Assembly: GCA_963850905.1 (NCBI GenBank)
Contig: CAWKMU010000003.1
Span: 960,001-1,024,000, forward strand
Length of the DNA stretch: 64,000 nt
Source: an uncultured Gemmatimonadales bacterium
GTDB taxonomy: Bacteria > Gemmatimonadota > Gemmatimonadetes > Gemmatimonadales > Gemmatimonadaceae
Direction of reading: 5' to 3'
The notes below the pieces were generated by a model. The model saw only the letters and a list, made by a program, of their open reading frames with translations. It ran no database searches and was not told the DNA's origin. Of this stretch, positions 18,609 to 29,246 are shown piece by piece; within the stretch, counting starts at the first letter, position 1, and every line of letters starts with the position of its first letter. A program made the position numbers and the translations under genes.

Positions 18609-19382
18609 GTGCCGCCACTCTCCGCGATCGTCGACTATCTCAACGATCTGCTCGACACGCAGCACACGCCGGACTATCCGCCGGCGCTGAACGGGTTGCA
18701 GTTCGAGAACAGCGGGCAGGTCGCGCGCGTGGCCGCGGCCGTCGACGCATCGCAACGTGCGATCGATGGGGCCGCCGCGGCGGGCGCGCAACTACTTCTC
18801 GTCCATCATGGGTTGTTCTGGAGCGGCCTGCAACCGGTGGTTGGGCGCTTCTTTCGGCGCGCTCGCACGTTGATCGCACACGACCTCGCCGTGTATTCCT
18901 CCCATCTCCCGCTCGACCGGCACCCGACACTGGGCAACAATGTGCTGTTGGCGCAGGAGCTCGGCCTGCAGCCGACCGGTGAGTTTGCGCGATTCGAAAC
19001 CGTGCCGATCGGCGTGCGGGGGACCGCGGACGTCGCGACGGCCGACCTCGTCGCGCGCGCGCGAGCGTTTGCGCAGCAGCAAGGTGGCGACACGCGCGCG
19101 AGCGCGTTCGAGGACGGTCGACGCACGCGCACGTGGGGCGTCTGCACCGGCGCGGGCGCCAGCGCCGACACACTTGACCAGGCGGCACGCCTCGCGCTCG
19201 ACACGCTCATCGTGGGCGAAGGGCCGCATTGGACGGCCGTGGATGCCCCGGAACGCGGACTCGTGATCATCTACGCCGGACACTACGCGACCGAAACACT
19301 CGGCGTTCGCGCGTTGGCGGAACGTGTGGGGCAACAGTTTGGCATTCCGTGGGATTTCATCGCGGCACCGACGGGGACGTGA
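18609..19382 (+). CDS. Nif3-like dinuclear metal centre protein (YbgI family)
   Basis: 'NGLQ', 'AAVDAS', 'VHHGLFW', 'SHLPLDRHPTLGNN', 'AGHYATETLG'. Confidence 0.9.
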   Translation: MPPLSAIVDYLNDLLDTQHTPDYPPALNGLQFENSGQVARVAAAVDASQRAIDGAAAAGAQLLLVHHGLFWSGLQPVVGRFFRRARTLIAHDLAVYSSHLPLDRHPTLGNNVLLAQELGLQPTGEFARFETVPIGVRGTADVATADLVARARAFAQQQGGDTRASAFEDGRRTRTWGVCTGAGASADTLDQAARLALDTLIVGEGPHWTAVDAPERGLVIIYAGHYATETLGVRALAERVGQQFGIPWDFIAAPTGT

Positions 19383-19391
19383 GAGCCGGGG

Positions 19392-19642
19392 GGTGGGTGA
19401 CGGTCCGGGTGACGGGAACTGCAACGTCCTCGGCGAGACCCGGGCGGGCTGAAGCCCGCCCCTACATGTTGCTGCGGGCGGCGTCAAATCAGGGTTCGTC
19501 GACCGGCACCTGCAATCGTCGGCACAGCGCTCTGGAGCGTCACCATCCACACCGACATGTAGGGGCGGCCTTCAGGCCGCCCAGCGTTGTCGTCCCGATT
19601 GATGCGTAGTTCCCGTTACCCCTCACCCGTCACCTGTCGCCC
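19392..19642. repeat. REPIN-like element (19442-19582) enclosed by GGTGACG heptamer arms
   Basis: Two GTAG-type REP hairpins (gggcgggctgaagcccgcccCTAC ... GTAGgggcggccttcaggccgccc) separated by a 93-bp spacer. Confidence 0.85.
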
Positions 19643-19656
19643 GGCCTTTTGAAGCC

Positions 19657-21189
19657 ATGAACCATCGCGAGAGCGTCGCCGACGTGCTCTCATTGCAACA
19701 CATTGTCAAACGCTTCCGCGGCGTGCTTGCACTAGATGGTGCGAGCATCGTCGTCCGGCGCGGCACCGTGCACGCGTTGCTCGGCGAAAATGGCGCGGGG
19801 AAGACCACCCTCATGCGCGTCGCGTACGGGATGCTGCGACCGGACGCTGGACGGGTGCTTGTCGATGGACCCCAACGCCGGTTCCGTTCGAGCGCCAATG
19901 CGATCCGGGTTGGGATCGGCATGGTGCATCAGCACTACGCGCTCGTGCCGGCGATGACGGTCACGGAAAATGTGGCGCTCGGCGGGCGGGGTCGGTACGA
20001 CGCGCGTGCGAGTGCCGCGCGCGTACGTGCACTCGCCAACGACACGGGCCTGGCACTCGATCCGGACGCTCGGGTGGACGACCTTTCAGTCGAGGCGCAG
20101 CAGCGCGTCGAGATCGTCAAGGCACTCGCCCGCGACGTGCGCACGCTCATACTCGACGAGCCAACCGCCGTGCTTGCGCCGTCTACGGCTGCCACACTGC
20201 TGGCGTGGCTCCGGCAATTTGCAGACGCTGGGCACGCCGTCGTGCTCATCACGCACAAGTTGCGCGAGGCACTGGGCGTCGCCGACGACATCACGGTCCT
20301 GCGCCACGGTCGCACCGTTCTCGCGACGGCTGCCCGATCGACAACCGAAGCAGATCTCGCGAGCGCCATGTTGGGGACGCCGGCGGGCGGCGGGCGACTC
20401 GCATCCGAGCTCCCGGGTCGGCCGCCCGGAGAGCCCAACGATTCGACTCGCCCAGCGCTTGTCGGTGCCCAGCGTCGGCTGGCACCGGAGGACGCATCGG
20501 CGGCCGTCGTGAGGGCCGACCATCTATCGGTCGCGGACACTCGCGGCACAACGCGGATCACGGACGCCTCCTTCGCGATCCGGGCCGGCGAGATCGTCGG
20601 GATTGCCGCTGTCGAAGGCCAGGGTCAGCATGAGCTGTTGCGCGCGATCGCCGGCCGGCTCCCCATCGCGAGCGGCCGACTCGTCGCACCGGAGAACGTC
20701 GGCTTCATTCCGGAGGATCGGCAACGGGACGGGTTGATCCTCGATTTCGCCATCTTTGAGAACGTCGGGTTGCGCGATGTCGGCACTCGCCGCGGCTTGA
20801 TGCCCTGGCGCGCAGTGCGCGAGCGGACGCGTGGGGACTTGGCCGACTACGATATTCGCGCCGAGAGCGGCGGCACCCCCGTGGGCACGCTGTCGGGGGG
20901 GAACCAGCAAAAGGTCGTGCTCGCGCGCGAGCTGTCTGGCGCCGACCGGGGTGCCGCGGTCGCCCTCGTCGCCGAGAACCCAACGCGGGGCCTCGATATC
21001 CAGGCGACGGCGGCCGTGCACCTGCGTCTTCGCGCGGCCCGCAACGGTGGGACGGCGATCGCGCTGTACGCCAGCGACCTCGACGAGGTGCTGTCGCTCG
21101 CCGACCGCGTCCTGGTCGTCAGCCAGGGGACCGTGCGCGAGGTGGCCGGCGATCGAGAGGCCATCGGCCGCGCAATGTTGGGACTGTAG
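19657..21189 (+). CDS. Sugar/nucleoside ABC transporter ATP-binding protein (tandem ABC domains)
   Basis: 'LLGENGAGKTT', 'GMVHQH', 'ILDEPTAVL', 'IPEDRQRDGL', 'LSGGNQQK', 'NPTRGLD'. Confidence 0.9.
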   Translation: MNHRESVADVLSLQHIVKRFRGVLALDGASIVVRRGTVHALLGENGAGKTTLMRVAYGMLRPDAGRVLVDGPQRRFRSSANAIRVGIGMVHQHYALVPAMTVTENVALGGRGRYDARASAARVRALANDTGLALDPDARVDDLSVEAQQRVEIVKALARDVRTLILDEPTAVLAPSTAATLLAWLRQFADAGHAVVLITHKLREALGVADDITVLRHGRTVLATAARSTTEADLASAMLGTPAGGGRLASELPGRPPGEPNDSTRPALVGAQRRLAPEDASAAVVRADHLSVADTRGTTRITDASFAIRAGEIVGIAAVEGQGQHELLRAIAGRLPIASGRLVAPENVGFIPEDRQRDGLILDFAIFENVGLRDVGTRRGLMPWRAVRERTRGDLADYDIRAESGGTPVGTLSGGNQQKVVLARELSGADRGAAVALVAENPTRGLDIQATAAVHLRLRAARNGGTAIALYASDLDEVLSLADRVLVVSQGTVREVAGDREAIGRAMLGL

Positions 21190-21316
21190 GGGCGACGCAA
21201 TGCGTCGCCCTCCATCCCGCGCGCCCAATGCACCGGCGTCGGCGTGGGTGCATTGCCGTGGATCCGGCACGATGTGGTCGATGGCCACCCAACCGTCATC
21301 CGGGTCCGAGTGCAGT

Positions 21317-21354
21317 TCGAGGGCCTGTCACGGTACACTGTGACAGGCCCTCGA
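21317..21354. terminator. Strong hairpin between convergent genes; resembles the core of the heptamer elements
   Basis: tcgagggcctgtcac-ggtacact-gtgacaggccctcga, followed by cgtcyar heptamers (21364-21397). Confidence 0.55.
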
Positions 21355-21400
21355 GGTTCTTCTCCTAACGTCCAACGTCTAGCGTCTAACCCCTAGCCGT

Positions 21401-22942
21401 TCACGTTCCCAACGGGCTGCACACCTGCCCGAGGTTGCGTGCTTCACACTCGGTGTACGGAATCGGCATCCGTGACGGAACTACTGGCGGCGGGAATCCC
21501 GTGTAGTTCGCCGGGTTCCAACCAGGCTCGATCGTGCCGAGCTGGCCGAAACGACGCGCGTCGATCCATCGGGCGCCTTGCTCCCAAAGTAGAGAGTAGC
21601 GGCGGTTGTACAGGAGTTCCGTCGTCAGCCCCGCTTGGGTCATCGGCCCCGAGTATGCCGGGAGGCCACCGACGCCTTGGCGGACGCTGTTTAAGTCGGC
21701 TATCGCGTCGGCAAAGTCGCCCGTGCCGATTTCCGCCTCTGCCTTGAGCAGCGCCAACTCTTCGTTCTTGATGATCGGAATCTGCGCTGCCGTATTCACC
21801 GAGCCGTTGTTCAAATAGATCGTGAACTTCAACCAGCCTGGCAGCTGCGGGATGCCGCCCAGAATCTGCGGCGTCGCGCCAGTGACGGTCGAGATCGACA
21901 CGATCTTGTTGAGCGCACGCTGGTCGAGCACTCCGGGCTTCTGCAGCTGCGCATCCGTGAGGTTGAACGTGTCCGCGAAGAACGTCACGCCGGTGATCGG
22001 GTCAGACAGTGTATTCGGCGAGTCACCAGGGTTGCTGCTGTAGTCGAACAAGACCGAAGGCTGACCAGCACCAAAACTGTTGGCCACGTAGAACGACTTC
22101 TTGATATCGGCCAGCGCAGCGGTGTAATAACCCGGTGCAGCCCCCGGACTGCCGCCGCCCTTCGCATCGGTGATCGCCGCCGTTGCCCGGAGGCACAGCG
22201 CCTTGGCCTCTAACGCTTCGACAAACTGCGCGAAGCCCGCGGGAGTCGACGCAACAGTGCTAAAGCCCGGCGGCATGGGGAATGTGAAGTTCGTCGACGA
22301 GCCGCTCGCGAGATTGGCAAGTGATGAGTCGAGCGTCGCCAGAATCGTCGCGTACACTGCGTCTTCGTTCACGAAGTCCGGAACTGGTGCGTTGGCGGGA
22401 CGGTCCACATCGACCGGCGCGCCCAGATCGGCGTGGGTCTCGACGACGTACATGAACATCAACGCCTTGAGCGCCTGCGCGACACCTATGGCCAGCGACT
22501 GTTGCGCGGTCGACATGTCGGGGGCCTTGGGCGCTGCGTCGATGACGATGTTGGCGTCACGGATCGCGGCGTAGTACGCGCCCCATTCCCCGGCGGCATC
22601 CCCGCCACCGGAGAGCGGTCCGTAATAGGGTTCGGAGTAATCCGGCTGGTTGTTGCCAGACAGATTGATGCCTTCGCGCCCCATCGAGCCAACAAACCAA
22701 ATGAGCGATGGCGTGTTGGCGCGCGCACGGGCGAACGCACCCGTGACCGCCGCGTCGACGCTGATCATTGTGGGGGCGCCCGTCAGCCCCTGGAGCGTAG
22801 GGCCGTTGGGATCGCTGATGTTGAAGTTGTAACACGCAGTCGCTCCAACTCCTGCCGCGAGGGACGCGGCCAGAACGAGGCGCGGGGTGAGACGCAGGCC
22901 GGCTCTCTCGATGCCGCGCGTCCGAATTTCATTGCGCGACAT
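21401..22942 (-). CDS. RagB/SusD-family outer-membrane lipoprotein
   Basis: Lipobox 'GATAC'; 'IPIIKNEELALLKAEA', 'ELLYNRRYSLLWEQGARWIDARRFG'; immediately follows SusC. Confidence 0.85.
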   Translation of the reverse strand: MSRNEIRTRGIERAGLRLTPRLVLAASLAAGVGATACYNFNISDPNGPTLQGLTGAPTMISVDAAVTGAFARARANTPSLIWFVGSMGREGINLSGNNQPDYSEPYYGPLSGGGDAAGEWGAYYAAIRDANIVIDAAPKAPDMSTAQQSLAIGVAQALKALMFMYVVETHADLGAPVDVDRPANAPVPDFVNEDAVYATILATLDSSLANLASGSSTNFTFPMPPGFSTVASTPAGFAQFVEALEAKALCLRATAAITDAKGGGSPGAAPGYYTAALADIKKSFYVANSFGAGQPSVLFDYSSNPGDSPNTLSDPITGVTFFADTFNLTDAQLQKPGVLDQRALNKIVSISTVTGATPQILGGIPQLPGWLKFTIYLNNGSVNTAAQIPIIKNEELALLKAEAEIGTGDFADAIADLNSVRQGVGGLPAYSGPMTQAGLTTELLYNRRYSLLWEQGARWIDARRFGQLGTIEPGWNPANYTGFPPPVVPSRMPIPYTECEARNLGQVCSPLGT

Positions 22943-22944
22943 GA

Positions 22945-25941
22945 TTAAAACCTCGCCGAGACGGTGAAGAGGAAGGTGCGGGACGGCGGGTACTGGCCGA
23001 GATCGACTCCACGCGTGATGGCCTCCTGCCCATAGTTGCTGACCTCTGGATCGTAGCCGAAGTACGGCGTCCACATGATCAGATTTCTGCCTGACACGCT
23101 GAGTCGCAGTGACTCGGAACCGAAGAACGAGTGTGCTGCGGCGAGGGGCAGGTCGTATGAAATGCGGAGCTCGCGCAGCTTGACGAATGTCATGCTCGTC
23201 ACGAACGGCGTGGCGATACCAGTGCCGCAGTCCACAAACGCCTGCTGGCCGCCAGCGTTGTTCATGTTCGGATCGAGACCATTGCACGAGTAAAGCGAGT
23301 ATGTCTGGTTCTCCTCCACGCCACCCTTCGACCAGTCCCAGAGCATGTAGGCGTTGAGGTGGAGAGGAAGCTGGAACGTATTGCCGAACGACCAGCGGTA
23401 GTCCGGGTTGTACTGGCCCATCTCGGTGACGACAGGGTTCCCGCTGGCGTCGAAGCTGGTCTGCCCGATGATCTGGGTGATCGGCCGGCCGGTCTGCACG
23501 AGGAACTCGCCGTATGCCAGGCCGAATCCAGCCCCGAAGGGACGGAAGCTCGTGATACCCGCTGGCAATGAGAGCACTGTGTTGTGCAGCGTCTGGAAGT
23601 TGGTGGTGAAGGTCCAGCTGAAGTTCCGCATCCGTATCGGCGTGATGTTGCCGCCGATCTCGATGCCCTCGTTCATGAAGTCGCCGCCGTTAGCGATGAT
23701 CTCGGCGTAACCAGTGGACGGCGCCGGCGTGCGGGGGAGAAGCAGGTCGCTCGTGATACGGTGATAATAGGTGAACTCCATGTCGGCTCGGTCACCCCAG
23801 AAGGTGAGGTCCGTGCCGAGCTCTGTCTCACGAGTCGTTTCAGGCCGGATCTCGGGGTTCCCAAAGATGGCCGTCCCGGTGCCACCGTCGACCGCGGTAC
23901 CACACGCCCCCGCGATACACGGCACGTTGAGCAACGTGAATTTCTGGCCGAACAACGGTTGGTTGCCGGTCATCCCGTAGGCGGCGCGCAGCTTCATCGT
24001 GGTGCCGCCCAGCCATCCGTCGGGGATGGGCATCTGATAGGACGCCGCATACTTCGGATAGTAGAAGAACTTGTCCGCATTGCCGTTCGAACTACTGCGC
24101 TCAGCGCGCACGCCCAGCTCGAACAGGAGCCTGTCCTTGAGCGTCGTAAACTGCTCCTGCCCGTACGCCGCCTCCGTTCGCTCGTGCGCGTTGTTCTGGT
24201 ACGGTGTCGTGGCGACACCGTTGTCGATCTCGGTCGTCGAGCCGACCAGTCCAGTCGTCGACGTCGAGTTGAGGTTGAGAATTCGGTCCTCGACGGACGT
24301 TCCCAGTGACGTCGTGGCCTTGAATAGCGGATCCGTGTAGGTGTGGATCGCGTTCAGGTTCCAGTTGTACTGTTGACTGATGCCCGAGCCGACCGTCGAG
24401 ACGCCTGGTAGTGTCTGCGCCTGCTCGAAGTACAAGAACGAGGGAGCAATGGCAGTCGTCGCATCATTGAAGTAGTCGATACCAGCCGCCCCGACGAACT
24501 GCAGGCTGTTGCGATCGGTCTGCAGCGCATCGTACGTGGCGTGGCCGCCGCCAGTGAAACGGCTGATCTCTTCACGATTGGTCACGTACTGTTCCGTCTG
24601 CAGCGGATTGGCGCCAATGTACGTCAGTGCCGGGTGCGGGTACACGCCGTTGAGCGGATTGATCGGAATGAAGCTCGGGATATACGCCAGCGCATATGGC
24701 ACGCTCGCGCCCGAGTTGTCGTTGTTGGCGACGCCGCGATCCTCAATGTTGTGCGTGTAATTGACGTTGAAATTCGCCTCCAGGTGCTTCGCAATGTGCT
24801 GGTCGAGGTTGACGCGGCCTGACTGACGGGTCGCATCGGTGTTCTTCATGATCCCGCCGTCGGAGTTGACGTCCACCGAGCCGTAGTAGCGCGTGCTCTC
24901 GTTCCCACCGTTCACATCGAGGGTCGTCTGATAGTTGATCGGCGTCTCGCCAGCGACCTCGTCGAGGTGGTTGAAGTACTGCAACCCGCCACCCGGCGTT
25001 ATGTACGGAGCGACAACGCCGGCACCAAACGCCGAGTCGGCACTCGCGACGGTGAAGGCACGCTCGCCGGGTCCCCGCAGGAGGTGCGAGAAGCCCGTGC
25101 CCTGGGTGATGTCGAATTTCGGCTTGCCAGCCGCGCCACGCTTCGTCGTAATGATGACCACGCCATTGGCCGCCTTCGATCCGTAGATCGAGGAAGCCGC
25201 CGCGCTCTTCAAGATTTCGATCGACGCAATGTCCGCCGGATCGAGATCGGCCATGCGGTTGGCTGCGTCGTCCTGGGCCGGTCCCGATCCGCTGACGCTA
25301 CCGCTCTTGGAGATCGTATAGAGACCGCTCGGCACCGTCGCGTTGCTGTAGATGACGCCGTCGACGACGAACAATGGGTCGGAGGCACCGATCACGGTGT
25401 TCACGCCGCGGATTTGCACCTGCACGCCACCGCCGGGGGCGCCCGAGTTGGTCTCGATCTGCGCGCCGGGCACCTTGCCCTGAAGCGCCATGTCCACTGT
25501 CGGGGACGCTGCGCGGGCGATCGACTGGCTGTCGACAGCGACCGTCGACGTCGGCGCCGCACGCTTCTCGACGCCGGTCGCGAGACCCGTCACGACGACC
25601 TGCTCGAGCTTCGCCGGATCGTCGACCAGCGCGATCGAGAGCTTCTCGTCGGTCGCGCCTACCGTGACGTTCTTCGGCAGGAACCCGATCGATCGGATGG
25701 TGATCGCGGTCGGCGTGCCTGGCATGGACAGCTTGAAATAGCCGTCATTGTCCGTCTGGGTCCCGCGCTGCGTGCCTGTAATGAGCACGGTCGCCGCCGG
25801 GATGCCGTCGCCCGAGGCGCGCGTTACGCGGCCGGTCACGAGGTGGTTGCCGCCTCCCTGCGCAGCGGCGCGGGTCGGGGGCCAGAGCCCGACCGCGATC
25901 GCCAGCAGCCATAGATACCTTCGTACGAAATTCGTTCTCAC
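22945..25941 (-). CDS. SusC/RagA-family TonB-linked outer-membrane protein
   Basis: GTG start after GGGAGG; 'LQGKVPGA..NSGAPGGG..IRG', 'DPLFVVDGV', 'IEILKSAAASSIYGSKAANGVVIITTKRG', 'GYDPEV', C-terminal F. Confidence 0.9.
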   Translation of the reverse strand: MRTNFVRRYLWLLAIAVGLWPPTRAAAQGGGNHLVTGRVTRASGDGIPAATVLITGTQRGTQTDNDGYFKLSMPGTPTAITIRSIGFLPKNVTVGATDEKLSIALVDDPAKLEQVVVTGLATGVEKRAAPTSTVAVDSQSIARAASPTVDMALQGKVPGAQIETNSGAPGGGVQVQIRGVNTVIGASDPLFVVDGVIYSNATVPSGLYTISKSGSVSGSGPAQDDAANRMADLDPADIASIEILKSAAASSIYGSKAANGVVIITTKRGAAGKPKFDITQGTGFSHLLRGPGERAFTVASADSAFGAGVVAPYITPGGGLQYFNHLDEVAGETPINYQTTLDVNGGNESTRYYGSVDVNSDGGIMKNTDATRQSGRVNLDQHIAKHLEANFNVNYTHNIEDRGVANNDNSGASVPYALAYIPSFIPINPLNGVYPHPALTYIGANPLQTEQYVTNREEISRFTGGGHATYDALQTDRNSLQFVGAAGIDYFNDATTAIAPSFLYFEQAQTLPGVSTVGSGISQQYNWNLNAIHTYTDPLFKATTSLGTSVEDRILNLNSTSTTGLVGSTTEIDNGVATTPYQNNAHERTEAAYGQEQFTTLKDRLLFELGVRAERSSSNGNADKFFYYPKYAASYQMPIPDGWLGGTTMKLRAAYGMTGNQPLFGQKFTLLNVPCIAGACGTAVDGGTGTAIFGNPEIRPETTRETELGTDLTFWGDRADMEFTYYHRITSDLLLPRTPAPSTGYAEIIANGGDFMNEGIEIGGNITPIRMRNFSWTFTTNFQTLHNTVLSLPAGITSFRPFGAGFGLAYGEFLVQTGRPITQIIGQTSFDASGNPVVTEMGQYNPDYRWSFGNTFQLPLHLNAYMLWDWSKGGVEENQTYSLYSCNGLDPNMNNAGGQQAFVDCGTGIATPFVTSMTFVKLRELRISYDLPLAAAHSFFGSESLRLSVSGRNLIMWTPYFGYDPEVSNYGQEAITRGVDLGQYPPSRTFLFTVSARF

Positions 25942-26228
25942 GAGGCCCTCCCCCCATGTCCGGGGTCCAAGAATACGCCTCGTCGATCCCGGAGGACCGA
26001 CGACAGCCCGCGCCCACGCGCGTGCGACTCGTAGCACACCGTCGCAGCGCCCTCCATCCGAAGAGCGCCGGCCGTACGCGTCCCGATCCCGGATACCAGT
26101 GCCACACGCTTGATGCGGGCGAGCGGACGTCTGATACCGGTGATGGGGGGCTATAGTCTCACTTTTCCACGCGTTGTCAAGAGAAGCGCTCTTGTCTTTT
26201 CCGTCCTCTCGCCCCTCTTTTCCGCCCC

Positions 26229-27200
26229 ATGCTCCTCCACGCCCTCGCCGCGTTCTGGCGCGGGTCGCTCGGATCCGAATACGCAATCGTGTCTGCGACG
26301 CTCGTCCGCGCGACGCCACTTGTGCTGACGGGTCTCGCGGTCGCACTGGCGTTTCGCGCCGGCGTTTTCAACATCGGGGCGGATGGCCAGTTTCTCGCCG
26401 GTGCGACCGCCGCAGCTACCATTGGGTGGCTCGGTGCCGCGTGGCCAGACACGGCCCAACGGTTCGTGGGCATTCCGTTGACGCTCGCCGCGGGTGCGGG
26501 GGTGGGCGCCGCCTGGGCGGGGATCGCCGCCTGGTTGCGACGTCGATTTGGCGTCCTCGAAGTGATCAGCACGCTGATGCTCAACTTCATCGCGTTGGAT
26601 GCGGTCGCGTACCTCGTTCGCGGGCCGCTTCAGGAGCCATCGCGTATCTATCCGCAGAGCTCTGAGCTGGCCGCGGGCTGGCGCCTCCCCAAACTCGTCC
26701 CCGGGAGTCGCCTCCATGCCGGGTTCGCGCTCGCGCTGCTGCTGGCGATCGCCGCCGCATGGATCGTCCGCGCGACCGCAGGCGGCTTTCGTATGCGCGC
26801 CGTCGGCGCCAATCCGTGGGCCGCAGCCAGCGCCGGCCGCATCGACGTCCCCGCAGTCACGACGCGCGTGTTTCTCGTGAGTGGTGCGCTCGCCGGCATC
26901 GCTGGCGCGGTCGAGGTCACCGGCGTGACGTTCTCGCTCTTCGACAACATCTCCCCGGGGTACGGCTACACGGCAATTGCTGTCGCCCTCCTCGCCGGCC
27001 TCAGGCCACTTGGCGTCATTGCGACCAGCATTCTTTTCGGTGCGCTCGAAGCTGGGGCAGCTGGCATGCAGCGGGACGCCGGCGTACCGGCGGTCGTCGC
27101 CACGCTCGTCGAGGCAACGCTGGTCCTCGCCGTGCTGGCCGCACAAGCCAGGCGCCGCGTGACCGCCGAGAGCGCGGCGCGGGACGGAAGTCCCCGATAA
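26229..27200 (+). CDS. Nucleoside ABC transporter permease 1
   Basis: 'ATPLVLTGLAVALAFRAGVFNIGADGQ', 'EVISTLMLNFIA', 'GYGYTAIAVALL'. Confidence 0.88.
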   Translation: MLLHALAAFWRGSLGSEYAIVSATLVRATPLVLTGLAVALAFRAGVFNIGADGQFLAGATAAATIGWLGAAWPDTAQRFVGIPLTLAAGAGVGAAWAGIAAWLRRRFGVLEVISTLMLNFIALDAVAYLVRGPLQEPSRIYPQSSELAAGWRLPKLVPGSRLHAGFALALLLAIAAAWIVRATAGGFRMRAVGANPWAAASAGRIDVPAVTTRVFLVSGALAGIAGAVEVTGVTFSLFDNISPGYGYTAIAVALLAGLRPLGVIATSILFGALEAGAAGMQRDAGVPAVVATLVEATLVLAVLAAQARRRVTAESAARDGSPR

Positions 27201-27202
27201 GA

Positions 27203-28105
27203 ATGTCGTTCGCGACCGAGTTCCTCGCGGCCACGATTCGGACAGCCACTCCGCTGCTGCTCGCTGCACTGGGAGAGACGCTGGCCGAGCAGGCCGGCGT
27301 CATCAACGTGGGCCTCGAGGGCATCATGATCGTGGGCGCGCTCGGAGCGCTACTGGGCGCGGGAGTGGGCGGCGTGAGCGGCGGCTTCGTCGTCGCCGCT
27401 GTCTCAGGAGCCGCCCTCGCTGCCCTGTTTGCGGTGTTCGCCTCGGTGATGCGCGCCGATCAAATCGTGACGGGCACGGCGATCACGCTCTTTGGATTGG
27501 GACTGACCGGCACCGTTTATCAATGGGTGTACGGTCCAACAGGTACGGCGTTGTCGATCCCGACAATGCATCCGACCGCACTCCCCGGACTCTCACGCAT
27601 CCCAGTTCTGGGCCCAGCGCTCTTCGACCAGCCGGCCGTGACCTACGCAGCCTATCTGCTGGTACCGATCCTCTGGTGGTGGATGTACCGGACGCACGCG
27701 GGCCTCGCTCTCCGAGCCGTGGGGCAAAACCCGGACGCGGCACGCGCCGCCGGCATTTCGCCCCGCACCACGCAGGTCGCCGCCAGCATCGTGGGCGGCA
27801 TCCTCGGCGGCATTGCCGGCGGCATGCTGGTACTCGCCCAGGTCGGCACCTTCGCCGAAGGTATGACCGCGGGCCGCGGCTTCATCGCGATCGCGATCGT
27901 GGCACTTGGTCACTGGCACCCGCTCGGTGCTGCCATCGCCGCACTCGCCTTCGGTTCCGTGAGCGCTTTGCAGTACGCCTTTCAAGCGATGGGCTGGCAT
28001 GCCCCCTACCAGGTCTTCCTCGCCATGCCCTACGCGGCGACGTTGATCGCCCTAGCGCTCATGCGCAGGGGGCAGGCGCCGGCCGCGCTTGGGAGAGCGA
28101 TATGA
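27203..28105 (+). CDS. Nucleoside ABC transporter permease 2
   Basis: 'ATPLLLAALGE..AEQAGVINVGLEG', 'GLALRAVGQNP', 'MTAGRGFIAIA'. Confidence 0.88.
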   Translation: MSFATEFLAATIRTATPLLLAALGETLAEQAGVINVGLEGIMIVGALGALLGAGVGGVSGGFVVAAVSGAALAALFAVFASVMRADQIVTGTAITLFGLGLTGTVYQWVYGPTGTALSIPTMHPTALPGLSRIPVLGPALFDQPAVTYAAYLLVPILWWWMYRTHAGLALRAVGQNPDAARAAGISPRTTQVAASIVGGILGGIAGGMLVLAQVGTFAEGMTAGRGFIAIAIVALGHWHPLGAAIAALAFGSVSALQYAFQAMGWHAPYQVFLAMPYAATLIALALMRRGQAPAALGRAI

Positions 28106-28117
28106 AAGGCTAGACGT

Positions 28118-29080
28118 CTAACACCCCACGTATGCACTACTCCATCGCGCCCGCCACTGATGCGGCGCGGTTCGCTGGATGAGGGTGTACGAGTTGCCGT
28201 CCCCATAGTCGCGTGCGAGTACGATCGTCGGAACGGCGCGCGGGCCGCGACCCAGGAGCACTCCGGCAAGGACTTCATCGGTTTCCACGTCATCCTCGGG
28301 GCCGGAGGTACGCTCGGAGTACACGGCCACGTACGGCGGAGGACCGCGATTCGGTCCTGGTGCGGTATCGCGCTCCATGACGATCAGAATGTGCTCCTCC
28401 TCCGGGTTCGCCTCCTGGTTGAGCCGCCGGACCACTTCCGCCGCGATCACGGTGTCCCCGGAGGGGAGGGTAAATCGGTGCGCGTCGCGCAGGGAAAACG
28501 GGACACCACGAAATGACTGCGCGGTGTCGTTGGCCAGGGCCGACGCGACACGCGCAACGTCCGCCGCACGCTTGGCCGAGTCCGCCTCGCTCAGTACGGG
28601 CACGGAATCCATCGGCAACGCCGTCGCATGGCCAACGGTGAAGGCAACCGACCAGTCCGGCGGGGGCCCATCCGTCGTGTTGACGTGCGCCGTCGGCCAC
28701 GTGGTGCAGCTACCGGAGAAATTGCCGTCAGCCTGCGCGGACAGCTTTGCCGTCCCCACCCGTCCGTGCCGCGCGAACAAGTCGACATCGGGATGGCCGG
28801 TCAGAACCGTGTCCACGGCCGGCGCCTCGACGACCGTGCTATCGGTAAACCGTGGCATGACGTCGATCGCTTCCGTCGGATTCGCACCGGCAACAAACAG
28901 GTTTCGTCCAGCGATCGTGTCGTTCCAACGGACGGTCGTGCGACCGGCTGCCGCGGGCGCCGGCGAGTTTCCTCCCCCAGGCGTCGCGGTCGACGATTGC
29001 GGCCCGGAACGTGTCCGCTCACAGGCCGTCGCCGCACACGCGACGATCGCGAAAAGGACAACAGCATGCCGGCTTCGCAT
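28118..29080 (-). CDS. Hypothetical lipoprotein
   Basis: Signal with 'ATAC'; GC-consistent ORF filling the gap; no recognised domain. Confidence 0.65.
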   Translation of the reverse strand: MRSRHAVVLFAIVACAATACERTRSGPQSSTATPGGGNSPAPAAAGRTTVRWNDTIAGRNLFVAGANPTEAIDVMPRFTDSTVVEAPAVDTVLTGHPDVDLFARHGRVGTAKLSAQADGNFSGSCTTWPTAHVNTTDGPPPDWSVAFTVGHATALPMDSVPVLSEADSAKRAADVARVASALANDTAQSFRGVPFSLRDAHRFTLPSGDTVIAAEVVRRLNQEANPEEEHILIVMERDTAPGPNRGPPPYVAVYSERTSGPEDDVETDEVLAGVLLGRGPRAVPTIVLARDYGDGNSYTLIQRTAPHQWRARWSSAYVGC

Positions 29081-29104
29081 GGGGAATTAAGCTACGAAAC
29101 TACT

Positions 29105-29246
29105 GGGGTCAGAGGTTAGATGCTAAGAAGCTAGACGCTGGACGCTAGACGCTGGACGTTAGAAACAAATCTTGACAGCCAGCTAAATGCAGCGTGTCCG
29201 GCCCTCGAGGTGTGTTCCAGCGTCCAGCGTCCGGCCTCTAGCCCTT
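29105..29246. repeat. Heptamer-armed palindromic element (TRGACGY arms, 39-bp core)
   Basis: ctagacg/ctggacg run, AACAAAT 29164-29170, core 29171-29209, GTGTGTT, ccagcgt repeats. Confidence 0.8.
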
